Below are positions 56,940 through 64,000 of a stretch of DNA of 64,000 bases, in pieces. This DNA is from the human T2T-CHM13v2.0 reference genome, Homo sapiens, in NCBI RefSeq assembly GCF_009914755.1, contig NC_060942.1; one strand, written 5' to 3'. Under the pieces are notes generated by a model that was not told the DNA's origin, searched no databases, and saw nothing but the letters and a program-made list of their open reading frames with translations. A program made the translations under genes and the position numbers. Position 1 is the stretch's first letter. Each line of letters starts with the position of its first letter.

Positions 56940-57039
56940 ACCTACCAAATATGATCATAATGCAAATGAGAATAGCAATGATGACTTCTACCTACCAAAT
57001 ATGATCATAATGCAAATGAGAATAGCAATGATGACTTCT
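56940..57039. repeat. Perfect 2 x 50-bp tandem duplication across the exon end and splice donor
   Basis: acctaccaaatatgatcataatgcaaatgagaatagcaatgatgacttct at 56940-56989 and 56990-57039, identical. Confidence 0.98.
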
Positions 57040-57247
57040 GTCTTGAATCCCATGGAAAGCACAAGCTCCTGGTACTGGCAGGTCTGTGTGCTCCCACTGT
57101 CACCACAGTCACAGACATGGATGGTAAGTGTGTTTGTACTTGTAAGTGACGGGATTCCATTGTCGGCAATTAAGATGGAGATGTAGAAGACAGGTTCTTC
57201 TTGAAGGTTAAAACCAGTTCTATTAGTCAAAATGACAGCTGTGTTAT
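56996..57247 (-). CDS. CDH19: Cadherin-19 penultimate exon (252 bp): EC5 and start of transmembrane helix
   Basis: Acceptor tttgttttAG|AT at 57249-57248; donor TTTG|GTAGGT at 56995. Encodes (D)NTAVILTNRTGF...LIADNGIPSLTSTNTLTIHVCDC...EVIIAILICIMIIF(G), a typical EC5 motif. Phase 1 at both ends, matching neighbours. Confidence 0.95.
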
Positions 57248-58584
57248 CTAAAACAAAAATCCATGTGCATAATTTTTTCAACTACGTAAGAGAAATTTGT
57301 ATGTAATAGTCACATGTGCTAGGGACAATAGTATAGAGATATGATCAAGTAAGTTCAAATAAAAGGAAGACGAAATTTCTGACGAGAAGACAACTAAAAC
57401 ATCCACACTAAATTATTAGTGTTTTGACATTACCTAAACCCTAATTATGTAATCAGATGAATTATTTAAATTATGTAGTAAAATTACTATTTAATATTAT
57501 TAAATATTGAGTTGATACTACTTATTTAGTTAAAGTATTTATATTATTATTGAATTAATTAAATTGGTTCCAAAATGTCTTTGACACATATATAAAACAT
57601 ACGTGTAACACAGAAAATGGCTTTTTAATCAGATATCAATAATTTATAGGGACTACCAATATGAAATATAAGCTGATAGAGCTGGCTTTATTTGTGTTAA
57701 TTACATATGACACGGTCTATTTTCTAATACTTGTGACCCATTATTTGTACAAATCCAGGGAATATACAAGACTTTCAAAGATATATATCAAAGCACATGA
57801 TCTCAAATACTATATTTTCTAATTAGACAAAATAATTTCACTTGGTAGACAAGATCCTATTAGTATATTTCATATCACATTGCTGTTATTAATCTATTTT
57901 GTATTTAAAATTCTGAAAATCATTACACTTAGACTGATTCATTTACCTAGAGAGTCCATTCAAAAAAATTCATGAAAACAAACAATAAGCACTTCAACAA
58001 ATATGCAATGACTCTTCTGTGAATCCCAAAATATTATGAATAACTTTTGTCATTGTAATTTCTTGTACCTCAGAACTGTATTTTCCCTTTACTTCTTTTT
58101 TACCATCCCTCAAAATATTTTCTATAGTCACCAAATTTTAGAAGACAATAGCAGTAAAAGGAAAATAAAAGCCTTTTGAAATGCATGCTTAAGTAGGACA
58201 TTTCCCAAATCACCTTTTTAAAGACAATTCACTATGAAACCCTTAAGGTCTATAAAGCCCATGTGATTTTATTCGCTAGGCAGATCTAAGAGTTGAGAGA
58301 CAGTTGACACTTTTTAAATATGTGTTTTATTAAATTACTTGTGACCACAAGCATTAAACCAAATCAATTTTGTATGCTTCAATGTATTTATTTCACCTCA
58401 GTAATTTATTTTATATTAATATAAATTAATCTATATATACAAATATCAATGTATTTAAATATATACATTTAAAAACTCCAGCTTAGATTCATTTATATTA
58501 ATATATGTATTTTAAAATATAATTTTTAACTTAGAGTATAATAATAAAAAATAAATAAATAAAATAACGTTGAAGTCTGCAACA

Positions 58585-58632
<48 letters not shown>
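58585..58632. repeat. (AAT)n microsatellite
   Basis: About 16 AAT units. Confidence 0.95.
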
Positions 58633-58634
<2 letters not shown>

Positions 58635-59573
58635 ATGTACCCCCTGAATCTAAGAGTTTGTTACATGGCTAAATTTTGTGGAAAGGAGTCTGGAGATTTG
58701 TCAAAGAGCTTGAAAGAGATATTTGTGGTTTTTGTCTGAAACATATTTGAGTTTCCTCCCCGGGGGAATTTGACGAGGGCAAAACAGACAGAAAGGTGTT
58801 GCATTTACTCTCGTATGAAAGGCCTCTTCTGAACAAAGCTTAACCTCAGCTGTAAGGAGAACTGCAAGTATTTGGTTACAGATACTTGAGTAATAAATCA
58901 ACTGTGTTTCATAACTTTGAGGTATGAAAAAATTAAAACAGAAGTTCTTATTATGACAAAAAGTATCTCTTACTGAAGCTCATGAAAAAGAAGCAGCGTG
59001 GCTTTGTATAAAGTTAATCCACCTCTACAGAAAGGAAAAATAAATTCTGCCCCTACAAAAAGTTCTTTGGAACACTTAATCCTTAGATTGATACAAATTA
59101 TTTAGTTTTGAAGGAATAAGAACTATATTAACCCAATTTCACATATTCTAAGCTCCTAATTGATGACCCTAAATATTTTTGAATCAATCAAGCTAACATG
59201 ACTGTAACTAAAATAAATATCATTTTCTTCCTCAGTCATAGATTGAAGTCTGAGTTAGATGAGAACATGAAAGGAGCTGTGGTGTCAGAACTGCAATTAT
59301 ATTCGCAGGGTCATTCAGACTTTACAAGAGCTTACAGCCATTGATAACTTTAAAAAGTGTTTCTACTTTGAAGAAATGCGGTGAGAAATGGAGTCAATAT
59401 TTTTAGAACTTAACATTGAGTTTTGTTTTCCATTTTAATTGTTACTCTTTTGCTTGATTTCCAAACATTATTATGTTGCAAGAACAGTATAAAAATCCAT
59501 GCCATAAATTCCATTAAAGTCTAACATGAGTCACAAAAATGTATCAAAACTCATTATGAGTGAATGACATTAC

Positions 59574-59691
59574 CTTGATTATCTATGATTGTAAAACTTG
59601 AATTGTTAGTGTCTTCTACAGATAGATTAAAGTAAAAATGGTGCTCTTCTATGGATTCATCTCTATCCACTGCACTGATAGTCTGAATTAC
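59574..59691 (-). CDS. CDH19: Cadherin-19 third-last exon (118 bp): start of EC5
   Basis: Below the ORF-track length cutoff. Acceptor ttttttAG|GTA at 59693-59692; donor CAAG|GTAATG at 59573. Encodes VIQTISAVDRDESIEEHHFYFNLSVEDTNNSSFTIIDNQ(D) with the cadherin Ca-binding AxDxD motif. Ends in phase 1. Upstream exons lie beyond the window. Confidence 0.95.
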
Positions 59692-61999
59692 CTAAAAAAA
59701 AAGGGGGATAGATTTTTGTTGTTGTTTGGATTCAGGAAGAAGATCACTGCTGCTATTATTATTAGCTTTTATTCACATTGCTTTATTACAATCAATAGGG
59801 ACATTGCAGAAAATAACTGTCAAATCAGTGGAGAATATTAAAATGTTTTTTCTCAGGTTAAAAATATGTTCACTTCCTTTTTTCAAAGAGTGTTGTAATA
59901 TTACATAATAAACAAACTCTTGTTGATGGATCAGGTGGATTCCAAAAGCTGTTTGTTGAAAGTCTCCAAAGCATTGCTTTTGTATTACTCACATCCTCCC
60001 TGCCTACATTTCACTCTTTCTTCCTTCTTAACTTTTTCTTTATCTGAATGTCAGACATTATGATTTGCTAAAGTTGTCTATTTCCTGTTTTTACTGAGAG
60101 CAAAACTGTGGTAGAGTTACTGGCTTACTAAACTATTTGCTGAAGTAATGAGATTTGCAATTGATTGAGGAAATAATGCATTTAAAATGTAGGGGCAATG
60201 TACATGATTTCCTTTGACCCATAATGATTATAGGAAAGTGTTTTACATCAAATAAGTTCATCTCTATATCTCAGATCATAAAACAATGAAGTACTGCAGA
60301 CATGAACAAATCCATTCTCAATTAATTTTCTTCTTTCAAGACATGAATCTGTCAGTCAAGTAGTTCATTATTGTCGAAAAAGATATGCTGTCAAGATCAC
60401 ATAGTGAGATTGTGATTAATTGTGGAAATTAAAGTAAATTGATTATAGAAGTTATTGTTTTGAATTTTCTACAATTAAAGTGCCTTTAACAATATGTCAA
60501 ACAAAAATAGCCTCAGATGCAAGATGACAAGCCCAGATTTATATTATACTTCAAAAAAATAGATACATCTTCACAGGCATAAAGAACATTAGGAAACCAA
60601 TACGATCTGTATATTACTTCTCCACATTGATTTATTTTTAACTCATTACACATTACTAATAAATAATATTCATTTAGTGTTAATTAAGTAATTTAACAAA
60701 ACACATTTTATTCAATCCATGCTTATAATTATACATGTGGATATTGATTTATGTTAAGGTAAAGCCTTCATTTTAGAATATTACAGGATTTTGTATAGGC
60801 TGGGTAGAGGGCAGGGGCTTGGAAACCCAATATTCTGAATCCTGGCTTTGCCATTTAGAAGTTTTTAACCTTGAAAAATAAAAATACTAATACTTAACCT
60901 TCAGGGTTCATTTTCAGGATTATAGGTCTTGGCTTGTCAGAGGGTTTGTCACACGACAAACTATTATGTGTTCCTATGTCTATTATGTGTTCCTCATGAA
61001 AATATTCTCTTGTTGAGTTTTTGCATATCATGGTGTCCTGAATATTGTTAGTCATAGGCATATGGATATCTTTATATGCACATTTGCTGAAATAAGATTG
61101 ATAACAAAGTATAGAATTCATGTTTATCTTGCTGGCATATGTGGCTACAGTGTTCAGATAAGGAATATTTTATTTTACTACCTGATGTTCTGTATTAAAC
61201 ATGAGCATCTGAGTAAATGTTGCAAATGTCTCCCTTTGGGAATGAAGACTTAAGAAGACTGGAGATATGCTGTATGTATGTCAAAAGATTTTTAATAAAT
61301 CAAAATACCTTATGCATATGTACAGGAAACTGAATGAGCAAGATTTCAACAGTCTGCCTCCTTTTAAATGATCATGTCTCCACTTATATTTGCTTTGTAA
61401 GTTGGGCTTCCAATAAGATATGTTTTACTGGCTTTCATAATTACTTTATAAAAATAGGAAGACACAGACATAAAATGAGTCATATATCAAGTATTATGAA
61501 TTTTATTGAAGTTACCTTGAACAGGTACACTTAAACACATACCACTAATAAAGGGACCACATTAATATGCTAATAAGTTTTGATGGAGGATATTTATTTT
61601 TCCTTTAAATATACCAATGGAAAGGTTTTCATTTTCATTTTAAAATAAAATTATAAGAAACACTTCTATATGTTGTATTGGTTGCTATTTACTTATATCT
61701 CTTTATCTGGGAACTATCGTTGACCTTATACATTTATGAAAGGAGTAAAGATAAATTAAAAGGTAAAAGTATATACCAAGAACAGCCATGGCTTGAGAGA
61801 TTGGGAAAAGAGAAAATGAAAATAACTCCAAATTATGACCAATTCTGAAAGCTCAGATTTTTAGTATTCTTTTTGCTCTCTACGTAGAATGTTGGCCAAT
61901 TTATTTCTGATGCAGTACATTCAATCATCTATATACAGTGCATTGAAAGCTACAATGGAAATACATTGTGTAAGCCCCAAGAATTGAAAAGTAACTACA

Positions 62000-62180
62000 A
62001 TTTAATAAGAACTTACCTATGGGCCAGGATCTGTTCTATACATTATCTTAGATAATCTTCACAATGGTCTCTGGAATAAATCCTATTATTGTTCCCATGT
62101 TATAAATGTTTATATTAAGCTTCATATAAGCTAAGTGTCTTAGGTAAGTAAATTGGCTGGGCCAGAATTAGAATGTAAGC
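62000..62180 (-). mobile_element. MIR
   Basis: acttacctatgggccagg...aatcttcacaat...ctattattgttcccat...gccagaattagaa. Confidence 0.6.
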
Positions 62181-64000
62181 TGATGTCATAGGCAATGTGA
62201 AATATGAGTAGTAAGTGTAGCCCTCTAGGACATATTGTTCATATCCTAGACTTGTTCTTGTCCTACCAGATTTACATACAAAATGATACCGTAAAAGACA
62301 TGAAATTCCAAAAGCAAGTAAAAATATGTCTCATAAAAGTTAGTGACAGAGAAATAAGTAATATAATTTTGTAGAATAAGGACCAAAAATAATGGTTAAA
62401 AATAGAAGAAAATAATGTGTTTTGATATGGGAGAAAGGGAAGATTTTCTAGGGTAAGAGTACAGCCAATGAGCTAATACTCAAATAAAAATATGAATTGA
62501 GGAAAAAAGTGTGATCCTAAGCAAAGAATATCAAGAAAATTAATGAAGGCAAAGATATCATACATTAGGTATAAATGTATGAAATTAATATTTTGTAGAT
62601 TAAAGATGACCTACTAATGGAAGTTTCATAAGTTCCAATTTAGTTATTTTATGAAACTATAATCACTATTTGACTTTAAAGATAATCAGGAGAATAAAGA
62701 TAATCATTTGCCTGCTATTAATCATTATGCACTATGTCTTTTTTTAAGAAAAAGTCACACATGGGCCAGTTTACTAAGATATCATTCCAGATTAATTATC
62801 CTGAGCCAAAAATAAGCCCAATACTCACATTCTTCAAACCAAAGAGATGGTTCTTATTAAACATGCAATTGATGGACAGCTAATTTAAGATGCAACTCTT
62901 GTACACAAATATTTGGAGCAAGCAATACATTTGTGTCTGTTTCCTTACCTTCATGGCAAGTCACAATGAAACCTACTTCCAGGATTAGTCAATGAATAAA
63001 TTGTTGAATAGGATTATAAACTATAGATTGAATCATGAACTCTAAATCAAGATACAAATACTGAGTATTAATTTATATAACTCATCAATTCCTTGAAGTG
63101 CACTTAATAAACAATAAAAAAATGCTTCTCAATAGAAAAATGTTAAACAAAAAGTTGGAGTTGTAATAAATGAATATCTGGAAAGATTTTCTTAAAAATC
63201 TTATCTGAGTTGCTTATTTAGTTATTCTAGGTAGGTATACCTTGTATTAGGCTAAAGATGCAGATTGTCTCCCATTGCCAAGAAATTATTATACAAACAT
63301 ATGTATGAGACCATCACTTTTTATATTACTCTAATGAGTAAATGATTTTAAATCACACCTGTTTTGACAAAATAAATCTATAAAACTCAAAAAAGGTGTT
63401 GAACATCTGTTCAAACAGGCAGAGTACAAAATAATACACTAATAGAAGTAGAACCAACAAGAAAGTCTAGGTTGTAGTATGCTTGTTGTCTTTCTTTGTT
63501 TAGCAAAATATTAGAAGAAAAATGTTCAAAAGGTCATTATAGCATAATATTTTAGACCTGGATAGAACTGAGGATACTCTAAGTTTTCTAAAAGGATTTT
63601 TCACAAAGTTTCATTATATTTATTTAAATGTCATAGATATTATAATTGTTTTTGCCATTAACTTGTAGAAATTGATATTCAGTTGAAAAATACACATTCC
63701 TAGATTTTTATCTCAATACGTATTTTCTAATTTTCCTTTTAAAGTTAATATTCCAAATATACTTTTAAAATTCACATAAAATCAGCATGTATATGGAAAA
63801 ATATTAAACTATAAAATATCTCATTAGTATCTTAAATGTATCCATTTAAAATGTATTTCATTAGTACTTACAGCACTCCAAGCAATCCTATGCCCTGGTG
63901 GTACAATCATGGATAAAGTTAGTCTCTGTCACCACTGTTCACATTCTAGTGGTGAAGAAGATCAAGCAGAATTGCAAACTTAAAAAGTATTGAGGAAGTA

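Noticed and set aside
56923-57186. 87-aa plus-strand ORF
   Set aside because: Antisense shadow of the penultimate exon and the duplication.
60961-60994. ctattatgtgttcct repeated twice, and similar tiny repeats near 22463 and 45986
   Set aside because: Ordinary short slippage duplications.
59692-64000. Further upstream cadherin exon
   Set aside because: No cadherin-like coding segment with splice sites found; region appears intronic.

Overview
AT-rich, repeat-dense primate (human-like) genomic DNA, not a prokaryotic locus. The only protein-coding gene is the 3' end of cadherin-19 (CDH19, a type II classical cadherin; human 18q22 from recall) on the minus strand. It has three spliced coding exons (59574-59691, 56996-57247, 52806-53296) with canonical GT-AG ends and matching phases, and a long 3' UTR probably reaching about 49075. 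The rest is intronic or downstream sequence filled with ERVL/ERV1/MaLR LTR elements, L1, L2, Alu, MIR, DNA transposons and microsatellites. Most notable: (1) a perfect 50-bp tandem duplication that copies the transmembrane-coding end of the penultimate exon with its splice donor, so use of the second donor would give a tail-less cadherin predicted to escape NMD; (2) a ~420-bp direct duplication in the 3' UTR, each copy ending in a hairpin-associated AATAAA; (3) three 5'-inverted (twin-primed) L1 insertions, one in a triple-nested L1 stack. Repeat subfamily names come from remembered consensus sequences, and boundaries of old repeats are approximate.
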